This document shows, piece by piece, positions 9,929 to 17,849 of a stretch of 64,000 nucleotides of DNA. The stretch is taken from the IMG/VR virus record IMGVR_UViG_3300027659_000022, positions 22,366 through 86,365 of that record; one strand, written 5' to 3'. The first letter of the stretch is position 1. The number at the start of each line of letters is the position of its first letter. The notes under the pieces were generated by a model, which saw only the letters and a program-made list of their open reading frames with translations, ran no database searches and had not been told where the DNA came from. This DNA comes from a virus. Both the position numbers and the translations under genes were made by a program.

Positions 9929-10479
9929 TGGGTACTTTAACCACCAGCTATATAGCCAGCAGCACTGGATCACTGGTAATTCCTATCAGAGAACTGGCTA
10001 CTAGATGCATACAAAGATATCATAGTCAATATACCTCAGGAGAATGGAATCCGGACACTACCAGCAACTGGGCACCAGGAGGATTTGTAGATTTTACTCC
10101 CCAACGTGCAGACAGCAGGATTGTGTTTATTTGGCGTGTGCCAACAGCTTGGTCAAACGCCGCCCACAGTATCAGCCATTGGAGATTTTATGTTAATGGT
10201 GTTCTTTATTATAGACATGGTATGGGCGGCACACATGTGGAAGATGGAAATACACTGAAGTGGGATGTACCAAGTTGGGGTACATCATCTGGACGTATTG
10301 GATATCAAGTACGATCTCATACCAACGACAACCACGAAACTAGACTGTATAGAACATACTATTGGAACGGCACTACATCAACTCAAAACGCCTACGGACA
10401 GTTAATAGTTGAAGAATGGGCACAATCAGGATTACCAGCCGGTGCTGATAATACCGAAGGCATAGTTACTGCCCGCTAA
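9928..10479 (+). CDS. Fibre-tip/adhesin-like paralogue B4
   Basis: Start reassigned to ATG 9928 (TAATG coupling); DFTPQRADSRI, HSISHW and SWGTSSGRIGYQ. Confidence 0.65.
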   Translation: MGTLTTSYIASSTGSLVIPIRELATRCIQRYHSQYTSGEWNPDTTSNWAPGGFVDFTPQRADSRIVFIWRVPTAWSNAAHSISHWRFYVNGVLYYRHGMGGTHVEDGNTLKWDVPSWGTSSGRIGYQVRSHTNDNHETRLYRTYYWNGTTSTQNAYGQLIVEEWAQSGLPAGADNTEGIVTAR

Positions 10480-10482
10480 ATA
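10475..10482 (+). promoter_or_regulatory. Late promoter box (GCTAAATA)
   Basis: TAAATA core overlaps the B4 stop codon, upstream of the second chaperone-like gene. Confidence 0.55.
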
Positions 10483-10523
10483 ACATTATGGTATTATACA
10501 ACCAAAAGATTAGGAGATAAAAC

Positions 10524-10853
10524 ATGTCAAGTGAAATAGATTTCGGTGAAGTTATGCATAGATTCTATGCAGGTCGCCAGTACGGTGTAAGAGGCCCCAA
10601 CTATGAAGATATTTCGTGGATGGAACCAAGCGAACCAATGCCCAGCAGAGAAGCATTAGCTGCTAAATGGGAAACAATCAAAGAAGAAATTAGATTGATG
10701 AAAATTGCCCAGAAAAGATCAACACCTGGTGAATACCCCGGTAAAGATGAAATTCTAGTTGCACTATGGGAAATGGTAGTTGAAAATCGTCCCGAAAAAG
10801 CTGAGGCATTACAAGCACGTAGATTAGAAATCAAAGCCAAGTATCCTAAATAA
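10524..10853 (+). CDS. Second tail fibre chaperone-like (XkdW-like) protein
   Basis: AGGAG RBS; YEDISW...PS...L, then R...YP...L.ALW...IKAKYPK, a pattern of phage fibre-associated small proteins. Confidence 0.6.
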   Translation: MSSEIDFGEVMHRFYAGRQYGVRGPNYEDISWMEPSEPMPSREALAAKWETIKEEIRLMKIAQKRSTPGEYPGKDEILVALWEMVVENRPEKAEALQARRLEIKAKYPK

Positions 10854-10855
10854 TT

Positions 10856-11395
10856 ATGACTGCAACTTTAAGAGTTAATACCATTACTAACTCAACTGCC
10901 AGTGTCAGTTTAGCCACCACTTATTTTCAAAGAAGATTGGTGCAGAGAATTTACAAGCGATTCCACGGTGGTGGAAATCCAGAGCAAGGCGGTGGAGGAC
11001 TTTGGAATCCAGGAAACGAATACAGACCAATTCCAGGAAATTCTTTGAGTATTACTCCCATGTATAGCAACAGTATATTGGTATATACCTGCAATGCTCC
11101 TGTGGGGCATCGTCAAAATAGCCACAGTATCACTCATTGGAAATTTTATGCAGGTGGTCAAGAATATGCTCGTCACAGTAAATCAGGAACGCACATGAGT
11201 CATGCACATGTTCATAGATGGGAAGTTCCTAGTTGGGGTGCGGGGCGAGCAGGTATGATGGGATATCAAGTTAGACAATACGGTGACGGAACGCACTCAA
11301 CACATTTCAACGGCCGTCGTTGGCTTGACGGCAGCGACACTAGTAGATCAGTACCAAGTTACGTAATGGTAGAGGAGTATGTGACAGCACCATGA
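10856..11395 (+). CDS. Fibre-tip/adhesin-like paralogue B5
   Basis: WNPG.EY.PIPG, SITP, HSITHW, WEVPSWGAG..GYQ and VEEY. Confidence 0.65.
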   Translation: MTATLRVNTITNSTASVSLATTYFQRRLVQRIYKRFHGGGNPEQGGGGLWNPGNEYRPIPGNSLSITPMYSNSILVYTCNAPVGHRQNSHSITHWKFYAGGQEYARHSKSGTHMSHAHVHRWEVPSWGAGRAGMMGYQVRQYGDGTHSTHFNGRRWLDGSDTSRSVPSYVMVEEYVTAP

Positions 11396-12387
11396 CCGCC
11401 CAATTAAACGTTTCAACCATTCAAAGTGAAGATGGATCAATATCCAGAAACATACAAGATTTCGCTCACAGGGTAGTTCAACGAGTAAGTTACACACACC
11501 GAAACGGCTGGATTCGTGGTGATAACACCTATTATTGGATGCCTGGAGGCTATGCCGATTTTACTCCAGTAAGATCAGACAGTAGAATAAGATCCACATG
11601 GTGCATTCACACCAGAGACTATGGTTCCAGCCACATGATAATGCACTATATTTTTTACAGAGATGACATAGAGTATGGCCGCTTTACTAGAGGCGGACAC
11701 GAAATAGAAAATACCAACGCCATAGAATGGGATATTCCAAGCTGGGGCGCTGGACAAAAAGCTCGTATGGGGCACAGATATCGAGCATACGTAGACGGTA
11801 ATCACAATGCGCATCTATTCCACACTGAGTGGTGGGACGGTAGTGGCAGCGGCCAAAGTGTGCCGGGACAATATACAATTTTAGAATACGTTCCTAAACT
11901 TCCTCTTAATACTGCTGACATGCCACATAGTCAACAGAATATGCAAAACGCTGCTGTAAGAAATAACGGTGCAGGCGGTGCTGGATCAGCGGCCAGCGAT
12001 GGCCTGGGAGATGATCGTACGCGAAGTCTAAGCTACGGTTGGCATTCTAGTCCAGCTGTTTTTAACGGAATTTGTGCAGTTTACATGGGTAACAAATATC
12101 CTAACGGAGTTGTTGTAAATCAACTACGTCTAATTGCTCACACTAACCATTTACAAGCATTTACTATTCAAGGTAGTAACGATAGTGGTCAAGGTGCAAA
12201 CTTCCATAATGCTGGAAACTGGACCACAATTATTACAGGTGACGGTGGCGGCCCAGGCTCAGCATTTGACCGCCAAGCACTGGATTACCAATCAACCAAT
12301 ACTACACCATACCTAGCATACCGCATAGTTGTTACAAGCGGTGGTAGCGGTTGGGCCAGCTACGGTTGGGAACTATACGGGTATTAA
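11392..12387 (+). CDS. Paralogue B6 fused to a C-terminal discoidin/F5-8C-like carbohydrate-binding domain
   Basis: The N-terminal ~170 aa carry family-B motifs. The C-terminal FTIQGSND...WTTI...PYLAYRIVVT...ELYG matches the discoidin-like beta-sandwich pattern. Confidence 0.6.
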   Translation: MTAQLNVSTIQSEDGSISRNIQDFAHRVVQRVSYTHRNGWIRGDNTYYWMPGGYADFTPVRSDSRIRSTWCIHTRDYGSSHMIMHYIFYRDDIEYGRFTRGGHEIENTNAIEWDIPSWGAGQKARMGHRYRAYVDGNHNAHLFHTEWWDGSGSGQSVPGQYTILEYVPKLPLNTADMPHSQQNMQNAAVRNNGAGGAGSAASDGLGDDRTRSLSYGWHSSPAVFNGICAVYMGNKYPNGVVVNQLRLIAHTNHLQAFTIQGSNDSGQGANFHNAGNWTTIITGDGGGPGSAFDRQALDYQSTNTTPYLAYRIVVTSGGSGWASYGWELYGY

Positions 12388-12419
12388 TTCATATTTGATC
12401 TCATATCTTATTACTGTAA

Positions 12420-12427
12420 AATAAGTA
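12420..12427 (+). promoter_or_regulatory. Late promoter variant (AATAAGTA)
   Basis: The TAAGTA variant also occurs at 17841-17848 (-) and 28785-28792 (+). It precedes an AGGAG RBS and ATG 12446. Confidence 0.4.
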
Positions 12428-12445
12428 GTTGCATAGGAGATAGAC

Positions 12446-12919
12446 ATGCATCATGACGAAATAATTTCTCAGTTTATCGGAAAAGACGGAAAGGTCCTCT
12501 ACATCGGAAACCCCACGGATGCTATAAAAAAACCAACAACACCGTCGGTTTTCCACGCCATTGATCCTTCAACAACACTCATTGATGCATCTAATTTACC
12601 AAAAGATTTTGATACTGTGATATTTGCAACAGCGTTAGAACTAGTAAATGACCCGCGAGGATTGATAAATCAATTCAAATGGCAGGCCAAATGTACAATT
12701 GTCTATGAATTCAAATACGATCACATGGACGACATTGATCCGTCATGGAAACTAACCTGGAAAAATATCGGATTAGAAAATATACTCACTTGGGAATTTG
12801 ATTATGTTAGAAGCATATACCTAGGATATGCTACAATATATTTCTGCGAAGGTCCCAACAAATATACTCCTGACGAAATCGGAGAGGGTGTCTCAGTTGA
12901 ACACAAAAACACAATTTAA
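12446..12919 (+). CDS. Hypothetical protein, weak SAM-methyltransferase-like fold
   Basis: KVLYIG motif-I-like strand and FDTVIF..ALE.V.DP...I resemble class I MTases, but the glycine-rich loop is incomplete. Confidence 0.35.
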   Translation: MHHDEIISQFIGKDGKVLYIGNPTDAIKKPTTPSVFHAIDPSTTLIDASNLPKDFDTVIFATALELVNDPRGLINQFKWQAKCTIVYEFKYDHMDDIDPSWKLTWKNIGLENILTWEFDYVRSIYLGYATIYFCEGPNKYTPDEIGEGVSVEHKNTI

Positions 12920-12939
12920 AACTTAAAAGGTAACTGACA

Positions 12940-14412
12940 TTGATTAATAACATAGCTATAGTAGGTGGGGGCACAGCCGGAGTAACTACCGCTTTGATTT
13001 TAAAAAAAACATATCCTAATCTACAGATTGATTTGATAGAATCAGATCAGATAGGAATCGTAGGGGTAGGAGAAGGCAGCACTGAACATTGGGCTACCTT
13101 CATGCAGCACTGTGATATCAGTACCACTGAGCTGGTCAAACATACTGATTGTACTTTTAAATACGGTATTAATTTTGATAACTGGAATGGCGATGGTACA
13201 AATTATATTCACACAATTAGCAGTGCTTTTAACATGGAGAGTCAAAGCAACAGTAAATTTGTATACTCATATCTGATAGCCAACGGAGCAGGCCCCAAGG
13301 ATCTCATTCACAAATATATAGAACCTAGTCTGCATAGAATGCCGTTCTTTACTATAAACCAATTTCATTTTAACACAACCAAATTAAATAAATTCCTACA
13401 CGATCTCTGCGATCAAAGAAAAATAAACACCATAAAAGCAGAAATCAAAGAAGTTAAATTGGATGAGCAGGGCGCAATCAAAGAGTTAATTACCACAACT
13501 GATAAACACCTTAGTTATGACTTATATGTCGATTGTACCGGATTTCATCGTTTGCTTTTGCACAAAACTATGGGGGTCAAATGGCGCAGTTACCAAAAAT
13601 ATCTTCCAATGAACAGTGCTATCGCATTCCCTACAGAAACCACAGAAAAAATTCCCAGTTGGACACTAGCAAAGGCAATGAACAATGGATGGTTATGGAG
13701 AATTCCAACTCAACAACGATACGGCAATGGTTACGTGTTCAATGATAGTTTTATAGATTTCGACAAGGCCGTTGACGAAGTTGAAAAGCTCTATGGACAT
13801 AAAATACAAGTAGCAAAAAAAATAAAATTTGATGCAGGATGTTTAGAAAAATCATGGGTAAAAAACTGTGTAGCTATTGGTTTATCTAGCAGTTTTATTG
13901 AACCTCTAGAAGCCAGCTCAATAGGATGCAGTATACAACAGGCATTCAAGTTAAATCATTTATTACCTGCTTATATACCGGAAATTAAAACTACTCGGGT
14001 GATCGACGAATTCAATCAAGAATGTGATGAACTTCTTGAAAATATTTTAGATTATGTAGCATTACATTATATCACTAAGAGAACTGACACAGATTTTTGG
14101 AAATCTGCTAAGACTCTTCCAAAACCTTCGGGGTTAGAAGACAAATTAGAATTATACAAATACAAATTTCCTAGTAAGTCAGAATTTTCAAATAGAAAAG
14201 TCATGTTTAAAGAAGCCAACTGGATATTAGTAATGCATGGTCTAGGATTAATCAGCAAAGAATTAGCACAGAAAGATGTGGACATGCAGGCTAAACATCT
14301 AATGGAATCAATACCGTATAATCTTCCTAAAGAGGATATCGATTCTGGAGAATTTGTTGATCATAGGCAGGCGTTACAATGGCTAATTGACAATCCAGAG
14401 CAGATAAATTGA
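12940..14412 (+). CDS. prnA: Flavin-dependent (tryptophan) halogenase family protein
   Basis: GGGTAG FAD motif, VGVGEGS, catalytic Lys in TFKYGINF, YVDCTGF, WLWRIP (WxWxIP) and FIEPLEASSI; TTG start. Family call only; the substrate is unknown. Confidence 0.9.
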   Translation: MINNIAIVGGGTAGVTTALILKKTYPNLQIDLIESDQIGIVGVGEGSTEHWATFMQHCDISTTELVKHTDCTFKYGINFDNWNGDGTNYIHTISSAFNMESQSNSKFVYSYLIANGAGPKDLIHKYIEPSLHRMPFFTINQFHFNTTKLNKFLHDLCDQRKINTIKAEIKEVKLDEQGAIKELITTTDKHLSYDLYVDCTGFHRLLLHKTMGVKWRSYQKYLPMNSAIAFPTETTEKIPSWTLAKAMNNGWLWRIPTQQRYGNGYVFNDSFIDFDKAVDEVEKLYGHKIQVAKKIKFDAGCLEKSWVKNCVAIGLSSSFIEPLEASSIGCSIQQAFKLNHLLPAYIPEIKTTRVIDEFNQECDELLENILDYVALHYITKRTDTDFWKSAKTLPKPSGLEDKLELYKYKFPSKSEFSNRKVMFKEANWILVMHGLGLISKELAQKDVDMQAKHLMESIPYNLPKEDIDSGEFVDHRQALQWLIDNPEQIN

Positions 14413-15053
14413 TAATTAGTCAAGGATTAAATTGGCTGATCACTGATCACATTGCTGATTTAGGTACTATTAAAAAAGTAGTCAGTGATGTAACGTCGGA
14501 AGATTGGTCATCATATACCACAGCTAAAGGCCCATTATCTAGACAGCACTACTTAATAAACCCGTCATGGATGCCATCCCAAGTTCATGAAGAACCACAA
14601 GGATGGGCTGAACTTAAATTGTGGTATGAAAACACCGTACAAAAGTTATTGGTACATCACGGTCTTATGCCAGGTCAATGGCAAGGAATTTCAGCAAACA
14701 GATCGTGGACTGTGATCGGCGAAGAAGGCAGTTATCATACGATACACGATCATGGACCAAATTCTGTATGCTCTGTGACCTATCTCGAAGTACCGGAACA
14801 AAATAAAAACGACGATAAAGCGGGTCAAATTTATTTTGTATTACAGTCCGATCCCTATCATCCATTAACTCCGGTAAAACATAAAGTAGTTCATATATCT
14901 CCAAAACCGGGAATGATCGTAATTTTTCCTAGCTGGTTACTACATGGCGTTTATCCTCAAGGTCCAGGAATACGCCAAACACTCAATGTTGATTTTGTCG
15001 GAAACGTGTGTCCAGGGCCAGAAGATTCTGCTGGATATATTAGTATTTTATAA
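14409..15053 (+). CDS. 2OG-Fe(II) oxygenase
   Basis: HTIHDH...SVTYL...PKPGMIVIFPSWLLHGVYP....RQTLNVD gives the HxH...H...R double-stranded beta-helix signature. Confidence 0.85.
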   Translation: MIISQGLNWLITDHIADLGTIKKVVSDVTSEDWSSYTTAKGPLSRQHYLINPSWMPSQVHEEPQGWAELKLWYENTVQKLLVHHGLMPGQWQGISANRSWTVIGEEGSYHTIHDHGPNSVCSVTYLEVPEQNKNDDKAGQIYFVLQSDPYHPLTPVKHKVVHISPKPGMIVIFPSWLLHGVYPQGPGIRQTLNVDFVGNVCPGPEDSAGYISIL

Positions 15054-15134
15054 AGTTATTTTGTCTAGACGATATCTTTGATATTTTAACTTAATTGTAA
15101 TATAGTTATTTGGCGAAAACCTAAATCATTTTTC

Positions 15135-15142
15135 GATAAATA
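15135..15142 (+). promoter_or_regulatory. Late promoter box (GATAAATA), 5 nt before ATG
   Basis: GATAAATA-ctatt-ATG with no RBS. Confidence 0.7.
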
Positions 15143-15147
15143 CTATT

Positions 15148-17190
15148 ATGACCAGAGAAACCCTCAATATTTTAAGAATCATACCTAGAGATGCTGATTT
15201 TCTAGATAGAAAAACTGGATCTCGCGGAGAAATATTCTACGATAAAGATACAAATACACTTCGTTTGTATGACGGACAATATCAGGGAGGTTATACACTA
15301 GCTAAGGCAGACTTAACAAATATCACTAACTCAGATTTCCTTGCCAAAGCTAATTCAGCAGGATTTAGTGGTGGGGTACAGGCAGGTGTAGCTGGTAGAA
15401 TAGCCTACTATCCTAGTACAGGCAGTCAGGTCAACGATCTTGCTGAAGTTTATTGGCATACACACGATAGCGCCAGTATGTTGCACATCAACGGACTGTT
15501 GGAAGTATCTGGCCAAAAAAATAAGATACGTTTCCACTGGGACACACTGGCTGATTTAACCAGTGAAGTTCCTGCTGTAGATTGGCACGGTATGGTAGCC
15601 CACGCACACGATACGGGGAAATTGTATTACGCTCATGCCAGTGCTTGGGTGCCAGTAGCCAGCGAATCTAGTCTGCCCAATTCATTTAGCACTGTGGTTG
15701 TTGCAGGACAGAGCTCTGTGATAGCCGATTCTACTGCTGACACACTAACCCTAGTCGCCGGCTCTAATATTACTATTACTACCAATGCTGGCACAGACAC
15801 CGTAACCATAAGTTCAACTACCAGCACAGGTTCTATTACTTTTGTAGGAACCACAATAGATTCAGCAGACAGTTCCACCATCACATTTACGCCTACGGTG
15901 GCATTTGATTCAGATGTTGTGGTAGGCAATGAAATTGTATTCGCGGACGGGACAAGGCAATCGACCACCGCCGTAGGAGTTCCCGGACCACAAGGACCAC
16001 CAGGCCCCACAGGAGCGTCAGGCGCGGGAACAGGGGATGTATTAAGCGCAGGCGGCGGGTATGTGGATAATGCTATCATACGCTACGATGGTACCACAGG
16101 TACAATCATTCAAAACAGTTCTGCGACTATATCAGACGCTGGATTATTGACAGCTACCAGCTTCAGTGGTATCGGCAGTTCTCTGACTGCGTTAAATGCT
16201 ACACAACTGACTGCTGGAACTATACCAGATGCACGTTTTCCAGCTACACTGCCTGCACTAAGCGGAGCAAATCTCACAGCATTGCCTGCGACCCTGCCAG
16301 CCGCCAGCGGTGCAAATCTTACTGCATTGAACGCCACTGAACTTACCAGCGGGACAGTACCTGTGCTTAGACTAGGTGCGTCTGGCACTAGAGACGCTAC
16401 TACCTATCTCAGAGGAGATAATACATGGGCTACAGTAGCAGGCGGCGGCGGAGCAGCATCCGACAGTTTCGCTACTATCGCAGTAGCTGGACAAAGTTCT
16501 GTTGTAGCTGATTCTGCCACAGACACATTAACACTGGTAGCTGGTAGTGGTATAACTATTACCACAGATGCCGGTACAGATACGATAACTATAACCAATA
16601 GCAGTGCTGCTCAAAATACATTTTCCACTGTGGCAGTCACCGGACAGAGCAACATCGTAGCAGATTCTAGCACAGATACACTGACAATAGCAGCCGGTAC
16701 AGGTATTTCTATTACCACAGATGCAGGCACAGACACAGTAACTATAACCAGCACAGTCGCCGCTGGCGCTACTGCATTCACTGGTCTTAGCGATGCAGGA
16801 AGTCTCACCGTGGATAGATTTTATCTTCCTGCGATCACTATGTTGGATGTCACTGCCAACGGCACATCAGCCTATAGATTTGATCAGTACGGTACCACAG
16901 ATGATCCTACCATATATGCCATCAATGCTACGACTATCGCATTCAATTTGGCCGGCGCTACTAGCCATCCGTTCCTAATACAGGACAACACCGGTACCAA
17001 TTACAACACTGGATTGGTGCATGTAACCACCAGCGGAGTTGTGACCACAGGGGCAGCAGCACAGGGCAAGTCATCGGGTACTTTGTATTGGAAGATTCCT
17101 GATTCTATATCAGGCAACTATAGATATCAGTGTCAATCTCATGCTGGTATGATAGGGACTATAACCATCAAGAACTTTGGCAGCATCTAA
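15148..17190 (+). CDS. Tail/head fibre protein with a collagen stretch, internal repeats and a C-terminal cupredoxin-like domain
   Basis: N-terminal GEIFYDKDTNTLRLYDG; GPQGPPGPTG collagen triplets; three ~43-aa repeats; C-terminal HPF...YQCQSHAGM. Confidence 0.75.
   Translation: MTRETLNILRIIPRDADFLDRKTGSRGEIFYDKDTNTLRLYDGQYQGGYTLAKADLTNITNSDFLAKANSAGFSGGVQAGVAGRIAYYPSTGSQVNDLAEVYWHTHDSASMLHINGLLEVSGQKNKIRFHWDTLADLTSEVPAVDWHGMVAHAHDTGKLYYAHASAWVPVASESSLPNSFSTVVVAGQSSVIADSTADTLTLVAGSNITITTNAGTDTVTISSTTSTGSITFVGTTIDSADSSTITFTPTVAFDSDVVVGNEIVFADGTRQSTTAVGVPGPQGPPGPTGASGAGTGDVLSAGGGYVDNAIIRYDGTTGTIIQNSSATISDAGLLTATSFSGIGSSLTALNATQLTAGTIPDARFPATLPALSGANLTALPATLPAASGANLTALNATELTSGTVPVLRLGASGTRDATTYLRGDNTWATVAGGGGAASDSFATIAVAGQSSVVADSATDTLTLVAGSGITITTDAGTDTITITNSSAAQNTFSTVAVTGQSNIVADSSTDTLTIAAGTGISITTDAGTDTVTITSTVAAGATAFTGLSDAGSLTVDRFYLPAITMLDVTANGTSAYRFDQYGTTDDPTIYAINATTIAFNLAGATSHPFLIQDNTGTNYNTGLVHVTTSGVVTTGAAAQGKSSGTLYWKIPDSISGNYRYQCQSHAGMIGTITIKNFGSI
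15682..16746 (+). repeat. Three ~43-aa intragenic repeats (F.T..V.GQS...ADS..DTLT..AG..I.ITT.AGTDT.TI) at ~15682-15810, ~16465-16593 and ~16618-16746
   Basis: Visible directly in the translation; the DNA has diverged at synonymous sites. Confidence 0.8.
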
Positions 17191-17201
17191 TTAGAGTGAA
17201 A

Positions 17202-17465
17202 CTAGTCTAGATTTTTTAATTTGTTATCTAGTTTTTTACGAATAGCTACTATATTCTGTTTCATATCGGAACCCATAGACGGCATCTGTTTGGTATAGAT
17301 CATTTCCATGTGCATGGTGTCTAGTTTTCTAACTTCAGAGATCAATTTGTTCAGCAGTTCTTTGACTTCTTGTTTGAACTCACCTTCTGGAATCTGTTCA
17401 ATCTTGGCTAGATACCGTTCGTGGTCTTGTTGAAATCTACTAGATTTCTGTAGTAGGCTTGACAT
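17202..17465 (-). CDS. Hypothetical helical protein
   Basis: 87-aa ORF overlapping the upstream minus-strand gene; charged and helical; fills the gap between convergent genes. Confidence 0.6.
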   Translation of the reverse strand: MSSLLQKSSRFQQDHERYLAKIEQIPEGEFKQEVKELLNKLISEVRKLDTMHMEMIYTKQMPSMGSDMKQNIVAIRKKLDNKLKNLD

Positions 17466-17835
17466 TTTCTAACTCCATGATAGTTTCAATTTTAATTCTG
17501 ATCACTTGATTATTCAGCGTGGTTTTCAAACCCAGATGCAGTTGTTTAGGAAGATCATCTAGATCGGCCCAGCACACAGTCCGCACCGCAGAGTTTAGAA
17601 ATTCTTGATCAACCACACACACATAGGTGCCGTATTCAAATCCTCGATCCTCTGACAGATACAACTCAATAGGCAGTATTCTGCCTGTGGCATAATCTTT
17701 GAGCAGCGGAGCACTGTCTTCCAACAAAGGTCCTGTTCTCACGAAAGTAGGTACAGTCCATCGTTGATCCTCGAGGATCAACAGTATTCTACCTGTGGTT
17801 TTGGCTAAAAATAGCAGTCCGGCACGCTGTTGCAT
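17440..17835 (-). CDS. Nudix-fold-like protein with a degenerate Nudix box
   Basis: Start reassigned to ATG 17835, 5 nt after GCTAAGTA. RAGLLF..TGRILLIL...W.VP and C-terminal W.DLDDLP.QLH.G resemble Nudix strands, but there is no GX5EX7REXXEE. Confidence 0.5.
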   Translation of the reverse strand: MQQRAGLLFLAKTTGRILLILEDQRWTVPTFVRTGPLLEDSAPLLKDYATGRILPIELYLSEDRGFEYGTYVCVVDQEFLNSAVRTVCWADLDDLPKQLHLGLKTTLNNQVIRIKIETIMELENVKPTTEI

Positions 17836-17840
17836 GTGAG

Positions 17841-17848
17841 TACTTAGC
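17841..17848 (-). promoter_or_regulatory. Late promoter variant (GCTAAGTA), 5 nt before ATG 17835
   Basis: The reverse complement of tacttagc has the same spacing as the other late boxes. Confidence 0.55.
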
Positions 17849-17849
17849 G

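Noticed and set aside
6227-12387. Diversity-generating retroelement or shufflon acting on the fibre paralogue array
   Set aside because: No reverse transcriptase or recombinase is in the window, there is no ~100-bp TR/VR pair differing only at adenines, no inverted repeats were seen, and all copies are intact and co-oriented.
15054-15135. Terminator or ncRNA in the AT-rich gap before the collagen fibre gene
   Set aside because: Only a weak 6-bp CGAAAA/TTTTCG stem is present, with no convincing U-tract or structure.
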